Positions 28,789 through 37,872 of a stretch of DNA of 64,000 nt are shown in pieces (within the stretch, counting starts at the first letter, position 1; every line of letters begins with the position of its first letter). The DNA lies in NCBI GenBank assembly GCA_963725665.1, contig CAVRZA010000001.1, positions 256,001 to 320,000 on the forward strand, in the 5' to 3' direction. Below the pieces are notes generated by a model. It was not told the DNA's origin and ran no database searches. It saw only the letters and a program-made list of their open reading frames with translations. Made by a program: the position numbers and the translations under genes. This DNA comes from an uncultured Actinomycetes bacterium. GTDB lineage: Bacteria > Actinomycetota > Thermoleophilia > UBA2241.

Positions 28789-30947
28789 GTGAGCCGCTGG
28801 ATCGCGACGCCTCTACGACTGCTGCGTCCTCGGCGGACGCGTCCCCGGCCGCCGTCGTCGCGCCGTCGGCGCGCGGCGGCCGCCGCGACCTGAGCTCTCT
28901 CTTCGACCCGGCGTCAATCGCCATCGTCGGGGCGTCGGCGGATGAGTCGAAGTGGGGCGGCGACCTCGCCGCGCGCCTGCTGCGCGCGGAGCATCGCCGC
29001 CCGGTCTACCTCGTCAACCGCAAGGGCGGCGAGATGCACGGGCAGGTCGCCTTCCCTTCGTTGAGCGACCTCCCCGAGGCGCCGGAGATGGTCATCCTCG
29101 CCATGCCGGCGGCGGCCCTCGAGACCACTCTCGACGATGCCCTGGCTCTGGGCGCCAAGGCCTTCGTTGCCATCTTCGCCGGCCTGGGCGAGACCGATGA
29201 TGAGGGCCGCGAGCGCGAGCGCGCCGCCGTCGCGCGTCTACGCGCTGCCGGCGCCGCCATGATCGGACCCAACTGCATGGGGCTCGCCGACCACTCCACC
29301 GGCCTGCAGGCGGTGGCCTACCTCGACGTGCCCGAGGGCCACATCGGCTTCGTCTCGCAGAGCGGCGCCATGGGTGAGGAATTCGTCATGCGCTCGCGCG
29401 GGTACGGCTGCGGCTTCTCGCGCTACCTCACGCTGGGCAACCAGGCCGACGTCGGCATCGCCGAGATACTCTGGGGGATGGCCGAGCACGAGCAGACGCG
29501 CGTGGTGGCGGTGTACGCCGAAGAGCTGCGCGAGGGGCGCGATCTGGCGCGCGCGGCGGCGGCCGTCGTGGCCGCCGGCAAGCCCGTCGTGCTGCTCGCG
29601 CCCGGCCGCAGCGAGGCGAGCGCCCGGGCGGCCCTCTCGCACACCGGCTCGCTGGCCCCCGACTCCGCGGTCGTCGACGCCGTCTGCCGCGCCGCGGGCG
29701 CCGCGCGCGCGGCCACGCCGCGCGAGCTCTTCGAGCTCACGGTCGGCTTTCTGGCCGGCTATCGCCCGCGCGGGCGGCGCGTGGCCGTCGTGACCGACGC
29801 GGGCGGCGTCGGCGGTATCGCCGCCGACGCCGCCCACGACGCCGGACTCGAGGTGCCGGCCTTCTCCAGCGAGCTCGTCGCGCGCGTCCAGGAGGCGCTG
29901 CCCGGCAGCGCCGGGAGCAACCCGCTCGACTTCGCCATGGGCACGATCGACCCGGACGCCTATGAGCGCATCGTGCCGGTCGTCGCCGGCTGTGACGAGG
30001 TCGACGCCATCCTCGGCGTGGGACAGCTCGGGTATTGGGGCGGCCGCTTCCCGCAGTTCGAGACGCTGGTGGAGCGTGAGATCGCCTCGGCGCGCCGGGC
30101 GGCCGACGCCGCCCGGCGCGCCGAGACGCCGTTCATCGTCTGCACGGTCTACCCGGAGTCGCCGCCGGCGGTGGCCCTGCGCGAGGAGGGCGTACCGGTG
30201 TACCGCGAGCTCGCCTCGGGGGTGAGTGTCCTCGCCGCACTCGCACAAGCCGCGTCGGCCGAGCCGTCGGGCGTGCCCGAGCTGCCCGATCCGGCCGGGA
30301 CGGACTGCTGCGTCTGGGACTGCGACTACTGGGCGGCGCGGCGCGTGCTGCAAGAGGCGGGCGTCCCGTTCCCCGAGGCGAGCCTCGTCGAGAGCCTCGA
30401 ACGGGCCATCATGTCGGCGGGCGGTCTCGGCTACCCGCTCGTGCTCAAAGCGTTGGGGCGGCTGCACAAGTCGGACGAGGGCGGGGTGGTGCTCGACATC
30501 GCCGACGAGCGCGGGCTCTGGACTGCCTACACGCAGCTCTCGGCGCGGCTCGGCGAGCACCGCTTCTCCCTCGAGCGCATGGCGCCGCTGCGCGAGGGGG
30601 TGGAGGTCATCGTCGGCTGTCGGCGTGACGAGCGCTTCGGGCCGCTGGCGCTCGTCGGTCTCGGCGGCGTCTACGCAGAGCTCTTCAGGGACGTGCACAC
30701 GGCGCTGGCCCCACTCGACGAGAAAACGGCGGAGCGGCTTCTGCTTTCGTTACGCGGCGCGCAGCTGTTCGCGGGCGGCCGCGGGCGGCCGCCCGTCGAC
30801 CTGCGCGCCGCCGCGCGCGCGGCGGCGGCGGTCTCGCGTTTCGCCGCCGCGCACACAGAGATCGCCGAGGTCGAGGTCAACCCGCTGCTCGTCACGCCCG
30901 ACGGGGCCCTCGGTCTCGACGCGCGCATCGTCCTCTATCCGGGCTAG
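28785..30947 (+). CDS. Acyl-CoA synthetase (NDP-forming), fused alpha-beta chain
   Basis: SIAIVGAS, IGPNCMG, FVSQSGA, AALSHTGSLA (phospho-His), SNPLDF, LHKSDEGGV, EVEVNPL. Confidence 0.9.
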   Translation: MSEPLDRDASTTAASSADASPAAVVAPSARGGRRDLSSLFDPASIAIVGASADESKWGGDLAARLLRAEHRRPVYLVNRKGGEMHGQVAFPSLSDLPEAPEMVILAMPAAALETTLDDALALGAKAFVAIFAGLGETDDEGRERERAAVARLRAAGAAMIGPNCMGLADHSTGLQAVAYLDVPEGHIGFVSQSGAMGEEFVMRSRGYGCGFSRYLTLGNQADVGIAEILWGMAEHEQTRVVAVYAEELREGRDLARAAAAVVAAGKPVVLLAPGRSEASARAALSHTGSLAPDSAVVDAVCRAAGAARAATPRELFELTVGFLAGYRPRGRRVAVVTDAGGVGGIAADAAHDAGLEVPAFSSELVARVQEALPGSAGSNPLDFAMGTIDPDAYERIVPVVAGCDEVDAILGVGQLGYWGGRFPQFETLVEREIASARRAADAARRAETPFIVCTVYPESPPAVALREEGVPVYRELASGVSVLAALAQAASAEPSGVPELPDPAGTDCCVWDCDYWAARRVLQEAGVPFPEASLVESLERAIMSAGGLGYPLVLKALGRLHKSDEGGVVLDIADERGLWTAYTQLSARLGEHRFSLERMAPLREGVEVIVGCRRDERFGPLALVGLGGVYAELFRDVHTALAPLDEKTAERLLLSLRGAQLFAGGRGRPPVDLRAAARAAAAVSRFAAAHTEIAEVEVNPLLVTPDGALGLDARIVLYPG

Positions 30948-31060
30948 TGGAATCGCGTGCCTGGCCGTTTGCCTCGCGTGGGGCGACGGCAAAGTGGCGC
31001 GACGCAACCGGGCGTGCGAGGCTCGACAGAGGGTGCACGGACGAGCGAACGCCTGTTCAT

Positions 31061-31110
31061 GTTGTTGTACTAGAGTTGACACCATGTCCCGACGGTGCTA
31101 GACAACGCCT
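31061..31110 (+). promoter_or_regulatory. Sigma-70 promoter of the catabolic operon with overlapping HutC/GntR-type boxes
   Basis: TTGACA(31076)-N17-TAGACA(31099) with extended TG; GTTGTACTAG and CTAGACAAC form an imperfect inverted pair overlapping or abutting -35 and -10. Confidence 0.6.
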
Positions 31111-31394
31111 CGGGCGGGGCCGGTACCGGAGTGTCTTCGCTCGCCGGCCGAGGGACCAAGGACTGGGCCAAGGGGGGATTCGTGACGAGGCGTTCGACTG
31201 GAGACGGTGGGTCCGCCGCTTTCTCCTCGGGACGCCTTCGCTCGCTGCGTCTTCCGCGCCACACCTCGTCTTGAGTTTGGTCCTTGTCTCTGCGCGACCC
31301 TGGTCATGCCACCTGCCGAGGAGGTGAGCGAACAGCGAGATCTCGCTTCAACGAAGGCGATAAGGAGCTGGGGCAACCAACAAAGGGGAAATCG

Positions 31395-32489
31395 ATGAGA
31401 AACCCGTACAGGCGTCATCTCGCGGCACTTGCGGTCGTCGTTCTGCTGCTTGCCGTCCTCGCGGCGGCGGGCTGCGGAGGGAGGTCCGAGACCACGAGCA
31501 CAACCTCGCCGGCGGCGTCACCGTCAGTCCAGGTCACCAAGGTCGCCGTCATCACGCCTGAGAAGGCGAACGACTACGGCTGGAACCAAGTGGGGGTTGA
31601 ATCCGTCAAGGCGGCAGCGGCGACCACGGGAGCCCAGGTCATCGTCCAGGACGGCGCGGGGTACGGCGACATCACGCCGATCATGAACCAGCTGGCCACC
31701 CAGGATCCTCAGCTCATCTTCGCGTGGGCGAGTGGCTACAACACGGTCGGCCCCAACATGGCCCAGCAGTTGAACATCCCGACGACGAGCTCCGACCCCG
31801 GCACCGAGTCCGCCAACGTGCCCAATCTGGTCCAGGCGATCGAGGAACATGCCGAGAAGGGCGGGTACCTCGCCGGTGTCCTTGCCGCCAGCATGAGCAA
31901 GACCAGCACGATCGCCATCGTGGCGTCCGCGGATGACCTGAACTGGGCCAAGATGTCCGGCGGTTACATCGCCGGCGCTCGTTCGGTCTCGCCGACCATC
32001 AAGGTCCTCTTCGTGCAGATCGGGCAGGCCGGCTACGCCGACGCGGCAGGCGGCAAGCGCGTCACGCAGAGCGCCATCTCCGGCGGCGCCGACGTGGTCT
32101 TCGGCATGGGGGACGGTTCGTCGTTCGGCATGATGCAGGCCGTTGAGACCGCGACGCCGCCGAGCGGCGCCGACAAGGTGTGGTTCATCGACGTCATCGG
32201 CAACAAGAGCTCCCTCGACAAGAAGCACATCTACCTGTCGTCGGTCCTGTGGGACTTCACGCAGATCGACACGGAGCTCATCCAAGCGGTCCAGAACGGG
32301 ACGTTCGGTCAGAAGAGCGTGTACCTGGATCTCAACAACGGCTTGGGTCTGCTGCAGACCGACCTCATTCCTGCGGATGTCTGGAGCAAGGTCGAGACCG
32401 CTAAGCAGGCCATCATCGACGGCAGCATCCAGGTGCCGTTGACCACGAACATGAAGCAAGTCAAGAAGATGATCGCCTCTGGACAGTGA
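31395..32489 (+). CDS. BMP-family ABC transporter substrate-binding lipoprotein
   Basis: Lipobox AAAGC; NDYGWNQ, GYLAGVLAASMSKT, GADVVFG, LSSVLWD. Confidence 0.9.
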   Translation: MRNPYRRHLAALAVVVLLLAVLAAAGCGGRSETTSTTSPAASPSVQVTKVAVITPEKANDYGWNQVGVESVKAAAATTGAQVIVQDGAGYGDITPIMNQLATQDPQLIFAWASGYNTVGPNMAQQLNIPTTSSDPGTESANVPNLVQAIEEHAEKGGYLAGVLAASMSKTSTIAIVASADDLNWAKMSGGYIAGARSVSPTIKVLFVQIGQAGYADAAGGKRVTQSAISGGADVVFGMGDGSSFGMMQAVETATPPSGADKVWFIDVIGNKSSLDKKHIYLSSVLWDFTQIDTELIQAVQNGTFGQKSVYLDLNNGLGLLQTDLIPADVWSKVETAKQAIIDGSIQVPLTTNMKQVKKMIASGQ

Positions 32490-34171
32490 TCATGGCCCCG
32501 TTCTCTCAAGAGGGTGACGGGGAGGGCGGGCGCGGTCTGACGACCGCGCCCGCCCTCCCCGTCGACGGGGCTGCCGCTCCCGGCGACGCCTCCGCGCAGA
32601 CCATCGCCATCCAGTTCTGCGACATCACGAAAGAGTTCCCGGGGGTGCGCGCCAACGACTGCGTCAATCTCATCGTGCGGCAGGGCGAGGTGCATTGCCT
32701 GCTCGGCGAGAACGGCGCCGGCAAGTCGACGCTGATGAACGTGCTGGCCGGCATCTATCAACCCGACGAAGGCACCATCCGCGTGTGCAACGAGGAGGTG
32801 TGCATCAGCTGTCCGCGGGACGCGATCGACCTCGGCATCGGCATGGTGCACCAGCACAGCAGCCTGATCCCGACCTTCACGGTTCTCGAGAACCTCATGC
32901 TCGGCCAGGGTGAGGGTGTGCGGCTCAGCGTCAAGAAGGCCCAAGACGGGCTCGCGAGCCTCTCGGCGACACTCGGCGTGGATGTCGACCCCGACACCGA
33001 GGTGGGACAGCTGTCGCTCGGCCAGCAGCAGCAGGTGGAGATCCTGAAGGCGCTCTGGCAGGGCTCCAAGGTCCTCATCCTCGACGAGCCGACCTCGATG
33101 TTGACGCCCAAGGGCATCGAGGATCTCGAGCGGGTCCTTCTGAGGCTCAAGCGGGAGGGCCTGGCCATCATCTTCATCACCCACAAGCTGCACGAGGCCG
33201 CCGCCATCGGCGACCGCGTCTCCGTGCTGCGTCAAGGTCGGCTGGAGGACACGATCGACAGCGAAATGATGCGGAGGCTCTCCCGCGAGGAGCTGCAGCG
33301 CATGATCGTTGATCTGATGTTCCCCGGCGAGGCCGAGAGCCTGGCCAGCGTCGCCGAGCTGCGCGACCTCGCGGAGCTGGGCGGCACGGGCAGCAAGGCG
33401 GCTATCGGGGGGCCGTTGCTGGAGCTCGACGGCGTCACTGTCGCCGGCAAGCACGGAGAGATCGGCATCGAGGAGGGCATCACGCTTACGGTGCACGCGG
33501 GCGAGGTGGTCGGCATCGCTGGCGTAGACGGCAACGGCCAGCGACCGCTGGCCGAAGCCATCGCCGGCCAGCGTTCGCTCTCCGGCGGCGATATCAGTCT
33601 CGGCGGCACCTCGATACGCAGGCTGAGCGTAGGCGCACGCCAGCGCCTCGGCTTGCGCTATGTAACCGACGATCGCTTCAACGAGGGGATTGTCGGTGCG
33701 CTCCCTGTGTCCATCAACATGGTCATGAAGAGCATCGGCATGCCGCCGTTCTGGATACACGGCCGCACGCGTCCCGCGGAGATCGATGCCAACGCCGAGA
33801 AGCTGGTCGACGAGTACAACATCATGACGCCGTCGATCCACACCCACGCAGGTTCTCTCTCGGGCGGCAACGCTCAAAAGATGGTGCTGGCGCGCGAACT
33901 GTCCTTCGACCCCAGGGCGGTGGTGTTCAACAAGCCGACCTACGGGCTAGACGTCAAGACCACGACGGCTGTACGCGCGCGAATCCGCGAATTGGTAGAC
34001 ACGGGGAAGGCCGGCGCCCTGGTCATCTCCACCGACCTTGAAGAGCTCCTGGTGCTCTGCGACCGCGTCGCGGTGCTGTCACGCGGCCGCCTCATGGGGG
34101 TCGTGCAGAACAAGCCCGGCGCGGAGCAGGAGATCGGCGCACTGATGATCGGAGGAGGGCGCGGTGAGTGA
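32486..34171 (+). CDS. ABC transporter ATPase (CUT2/nucleoside type, two NBDs)
   Basis: GENGAGKST, IGMVHQH, LILDEPT, FITHKL, LSGGNAQK, PTYGLD. Confidence 0.92.
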   Translation: MIMAPFSQEGDGEGGRGLTTAPALPVDGAAAPGDASAQTIAIQFCDITKEFPGVRANDCVNLIVRQGEVHCLLGENGAGKSTLMNVLAGIYQPDEGTIRVCNEEVCISCPRDAIDLGIGMVHQHSSLIPTFTVLENLMLGQGEGVRLSVKKAQDGLASLSATLGVDVDPDTEVGQLSLGQQQQVEILKALWQGSKVLILDEPTSMLTPKGIEDLERVLLRLKREGLAIIFITHKLHEAAAIGDRVSVLRQGRLEDTIDSEMMRRLSREELQRMIVDLMFPGEAESLASVAELRDLAELGGTGSKAAIGGPLLELDGVTVAGKHGEIGIEEGITLTVHAGEVVGIAGVDGNGQRPLAEAIAGQRSLSGGDISLGGTSIRRLSVGARQRLGLRYVTDDRFNEGIVGALPVSINMVMKSIGMPPFWIHGRTRPAEIDANAEKLVDEYNIMTPSIHTHAGSLSGGNAQKMVLARELSFDPRAVVFNKPTYGLDVKTTTAVRARIRELVDTGKAGALVISTDLEELLVLCDRVAVLSRGRLMGVVQNKPGAEQEIGALMIGGGRGE

Positions 34172-35309
34172 CACCACGAACGAAGCCATCCTTGCCTTCG
34201 GTGCGCCCGCGCGACCGTCCGCGCTGCGGCGTGGGAGGAAGGCGTTCTGGCGGGCGGCCGTCCCCGTCTTCTACGGCCTCATCGCCGGCGGCGTACTGCT
34301 GCTCGTCTTGGGCAAGAACCCGGTCACCTTCTACTGGACGACACTCGAGAACGGATTGCTCACGTCGGCCGGCCTCGAGCAGACACTCATCCGCCTGGCC
34401 CCCCTGCTGTTGATGTCGGCGGGGTTCATCGTGGCCTTCCAGGCGGGACTGTGGAACATCGGCGGCGACGGTCAGTTCCTGATGGCGGCCGCATTGGTCG
34501 GCGGCCTCGGCGCGTCGATGGTGGCAGCGCTGCCTTTCTGGCTCGCGCTCGTCCTTCTCTGCATCATCGCCTTCCTGGTCGGCGCGGCTTGGACTCTCGT
34601 GCCGTCGTTCCTGAAGGCCTACTACGGCATGAACGAGATCATCACCAGCCTGATGATGGCCTACCTCGGCATCAACTTCGCCAACTTTCTGATCAAAGGT
34701 CCGTTCTTGACCGACGTGGGTTTCGTCCCACAAACGAACGTCATTCCCTTCGCGTACCTTCTGCCGTATCTACCGGGCACACGGATCCACGTGGGCATCG
34801 TCGTCGCGCTTGTCGTGCTGGGCCTTGTGCACTACATGCAGACTCGCACCGGGTACGGGCTCCGCCTGCGCATCCTGGGCGCCAACCCAAGAGCGGCAGT
34901 CCATGCCGGCATCAACGTGAAGCGTGACATCATCACTGCGTTCGCCCTGAGCGGCGGCCTCATCGGCCTAGCCGCCGCTGTCGAAGTGCTAGGCGTGTGG
35001 GGCTACGTGCGTGCTGACTGGAATCCCGCGTTCGGCATGACGCTGTTCGCGATCGTGTTCCTCGCCGGGCTCAACGTCATGGTGGTCATCCCCTTCGTGT
35101 TCTTCTTCGCCGTGATCCAGATAGGAGGCCACGAGGCCGCCCGGCAGGCGGGGTTGCCCAACGACTTCCTGTTGCTGTTGGTCGGACTGATCCTGTTCTT
35201 CATGGTGCTGACGGAGTGGGCACGCACGCGGGGATGGTTCAGCAGAAGGGGCAAGGAGGTCGCGTCGGGCGTTGCCCTCGGGCCGGAAGAGGCGGTGAGC
35301 AATGGGTAG
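34164..35309 (+). CDS. ABC transporter permease (nucleoside type)
   Basis: GLWNIGGDGQF, NEIITSLMM, GYGLRLRILGANPRAA. Confidence 0.9.
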   Translation: MSDTTNEAILAFGAPARPSALRRGRKAFWRAAVPVFYGLIAGGVLLLVLGKNPVTFYWTTLENGLLTSAGLEQTLIRLAPLLLMSAGFIVAFQAGLWNIGGDGQFLMAAALVGGLGASMVAALPFWLALVLLCIIAFLVGAAWTLVPSFLKAYYGMNEIITSLMMAYLGINFANFLIKGPFLTDVGFVPQTNVIPFAYLLPYLPGTRIHVGIVVALVVLGLVHYMQTRTGYGLRLRILGANPRAAVHAGINVKRDIITAFALSGGLIGLAAAVEVLGVWGYVRADWNPAFGMTLFAIVFLAGLNVMVVIPFVFFFAVIQIGGHEAARQAGLPNDFLLLLVGLILFFMVLTEWARTRGWFSRRGKEVASGVALGPEEAVSNG

Positions 35310-36237
35310 CATCCTCACCGCTGACTTCGTCGCCGCCGTCATCTCGGGTGCCATCCTCGCCGGCATGCCGCTCCTCTTCGCCGCGCTCGGCGAGACCATC
35401 TCGGAGCAGGCCGGCCTGCTCAACATCGGTCTCGAGGGCATGATGCTCTTCGGCGCCTACGCCGGCTTCAACGCCGCTTACTACGGCGGTTCGTCCTGGA
35501 TCGGCTTCGTGGCGGCCATCGTCGGCGGCATGGCCGTCTCGGGGCTCATGGTCGTCTTCTGCGTGCGGATGGGGCGCGACCAGATCGTCGTCGGCATCGC
35601 CATCTTGCTCGCCATGGAGGGCCTCACCAGCCTGCTGCACCAGGTGCAGTTCGGCACGAGCTACCCGCGTCTAGGGAGTGTGCCGACCATCGCCATCCCC
35701 GGGCTCAGCAAGATCCCCGTGGTCGGGCCCAGCATCTTCACCCAGCCCCTGATCACCTACATCGGCGTCGCGCTCATCTTCGCGGTGGGCTGGATGCTCT
35801 ACCGGACCAACCTCGGTCTCAACATCAGGGCCGCAGGCTGGAAGCCGGTGGCCCTCGACAACGCCGGCGTGGACGTGCTCAAGATTCGCACGATCGCCGT
35901 TCTGGCCACGGGCGCCCTAGCCGGCCTTGGCGGCGGGTACATGGCGATCGTCGTGGCCGGGGTCTTCGTCCCGTTCATCACCGGCGGGTACGGGTTCATC
36001 GCGATCGTCATCGCCATGCTGGCCCGCGGACGCCCCGTCTGGGTGCTCATCGGCGCGCTGCTCTTCGGCGTCGCGTTGTCGATCGCCACGGCGCTGCAGC
36101 TAGTGGGCATCAACGTCTCCACCGATCTCGTGCAAATGCTGCCGTTCCTCGCCGTCATAGCCGCCCTCGCGCTGTTCGCGCGTCACACCATGCTGCCGGC
36201 GGCGCTGGCGACACCGTTCGTCAGGGGTCAGAAGTGA
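35302..36237 (+). CDS. ABC transporter permease (nucleoside type)
   Basis: PLLFAALGETISEQAGLLNIGLEGMML, GYGFIA, MLPFLAVI. Confidence 0.9.
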   Translation: MGSILTADFVAAVISGAILAGMPLLFAALGETISEQAGLLNIGLEGMMLFGAYAGFNAAYYGGSSWIGFVAAIVGGMAVSGLMVVFCVRMGRDQIVVGIAILLAMEGLTSLLHQVQFGTSYPRLGSVPTIAIPGLSKIPVVGPSIFTQPLITYIGVALIFAVGWMLYRTNLGLNIRAAGWKPVALDNAGVDVLKIRTIAVLATGALAGLGGGYMAIVVAGVFVPFITGGYGFIAIVIAMLARGRPVWVLIGALLFGVALSIATALQLVGINVSTDLVQMLPFLAVIAALALFARHTMLPAALATPFVRGQK

Positions 36238-36274
36238 GGTCGCGGCCATTAGGAGCGGCTCGACAGGAAGAGAG

Positions 36275-37465
36275 GTGGACGGCATGAGACGATCGATCGA
36301 GTTCATGCTCACGGCGGGTCCGGTGGAGTACTCGGACAAGGTCCGCAGCGCCTTGGGCTCGCAGCTTTTGTTCGACTATTCGGAGCCCTTCTTCGAGCTC
36401 TTCCGCGACACGCAGGAGAAGTTCAAGCGGTTCTTCAAGACGACCAACGACATCGTGATGATGCAGGGGGAGGCGCTGCTCGGCCTCGAGGCCATCTCGA
36501 TCTGCGGTCTCGACGAGGGCGATGTCGTCATCAACGTCGAGAGCGGTCACTACGGCGAGGGCAACCGCTACTTCATCGAGAAGTACGGGGGCAAGGCAAT
36601 CCCGGTCGAGACCGCCTGGAACACGGTAGTCGAGCCCGAGCAGCTCGAGCCCGTGCTCAAGGCGCACCCGGAGGCGAAGATCCTCTGGCTGGTGCACTGC
36701 GAGACGCCCTGCGGGACCCAGATCGACCTCGAGGCGCTGGCGCGGCTCGGCAAGCAGTATGACAAGCTCGTGTTCGTCGACTCGGTGAGCTGCGCCGGCA
36801 GCGTCCCGGTGGAGGTCGACGCGTGGGGGATCGACATCGTCTCGGTCGGTTCCCAGAAGGTGCTGGGGGCGCCGCCGGGACTCAGCGCCATGGCGATCTC
36901 AGAGGTGGCTTGGGACCGCTTCCGCTCCGTGAAGCGTCCCAACCGCTACTCGTACACCAGCATCCTCGACTGGAAGGAGATGTGGCTCGAGAAGGGGTTC
37001 TGGCCCTACACCGCATCTGTGGCCGATGTGGGCGCCCTGAACGCCGCTGTGAGTGAATACCTCGAGCTCGGGCACGAAGAGAACTTCCGCCGCTACGCGG
37101 AGGTGGGCCGCGCCACGCGGCGCGCGGTCGAAGCGATGGGCCTCGATGTGTGGGCCGACACCGAAGAGCATGCCTGCAACATCGTCACCGCCGTCGCCGT
37201 TTCCGACGGCATCGACGACGAGGAGCTGCGGCGGCGCATGGTGGACCGGTTCGGCGTGTTGATCTCGGGCAGCCTCTTCAACACGCCGATCTACGGCAAG
37301 TTAGTGCGTATTGGTCACATGGGCAGGACCTGCAGCCCCTCGTACGCGCTCACCGCTGTCACGGCCCTGGGGCACTGTCTGCGGGAGCTCGGCCACGACG
37401 TCGACATGAGCGCCGGGGTCGAAGCTTTTCTCGGAGCCCTCGATCCACTGGAGGTCGCCACGTGA
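36275..37465 (+). CDS. Class V aminotransferase resembling pyridoxamine-pyruvate aminotransferase
   Basis: LTAGPV, LFDY, QGEALLGLEA, SGHYGEG, KAHPE, HCETPCGT, DSVS, QKVLGAPPGL, SILDW, AMGLDVWA, GKLVRIGHMG. Confidence 0.8.
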   Translation: MDGMRRSIEFMLTAGPVEYSDKVRSALGSQLLFDYSEPFFELFRDTQEKFKRFFKTTNDIVMMQGEALLGLEAISICGLDEGDVVINVESGHYGEGNRYFIEKYGGKAIPVETAWNTVVEPEQLEPVLKAHPEAKILWLVHCETPCGTQIDLEALARLGKQYDKLVFVDSVSCAGSVPVEVDAWGIDIVSVGSQKVLGAPPGLSAMAISEVAWDRFRSVKRPNRYSYTSILDWKEMWLEKGFWPYTASVADVGALNAAVSEYLELGHEENFRRYAEVGRATRRAVEAMGLDVWADTEEHACNIVTAVAVSDGIDDEELRRRMVDRFGVLISGSLFNTPIYGKLVRIGHMGRTCSPSYALTAVTALGHCLRELGHDVDMSAGVEAFLGALDPLEVAT

Positions 37466-37872
37466 GCTACATCGCCTTCCACAAGGAGAAGTGTGTCTAC
37501 TGCGACCTCTGTGCGGGCGTCTGCTCGCTCAGCAAGCTGGAACGGGTCCAGCCACGCGGGGCCTGCATCACGATCGACCGCGAGCCAGGCGATGCCTTCG
37601 GAGAGCTGCGCTGTTCGGTCTGCGACATGACCCACGATCGCGCCTGCGTCGACGCTTGTCCCGAAGAGGCCCTTGTGTGGGATGCAAAGGCTGGGGTCGT
37701 GCGCTTCGTGGCAGAGCTCTGCACGATGTGCGAGAGCTGCCTTGACGCCTGCCCGAACGTCCATCTCGACGCCGTGTCTGAGCGCATCATGATCTGCGAT
37801 CTCTGCAACGGCGATCCGTTGTGCGTGCAGTGGTGCCCAGAGGGCGCCCTGACCTGGGAGGGGCGGGCATGA
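37462..37872 (+). CDS. Multi-[4Fe-4S] electron-transfer subunit of an aldehyde oxidoreductase
   Basis: CVYCDLCAGVC, CSVC..CVDACP, CTMCESCLDACP, CDLCNGDPLCVQWCP. Confidence 0.88.
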   Translation: MSYIAFHKEKCVYCDLCAGVCSLSKLERVQPRGACITIDREPGDAFGELRCSVCDMTHDRACVDACPEEALVWDAKAGVVRFVAELCTMCESCLDACPNVHLDAVSERIMICDLCNGDPLCVQWCPEGALTWEGRA

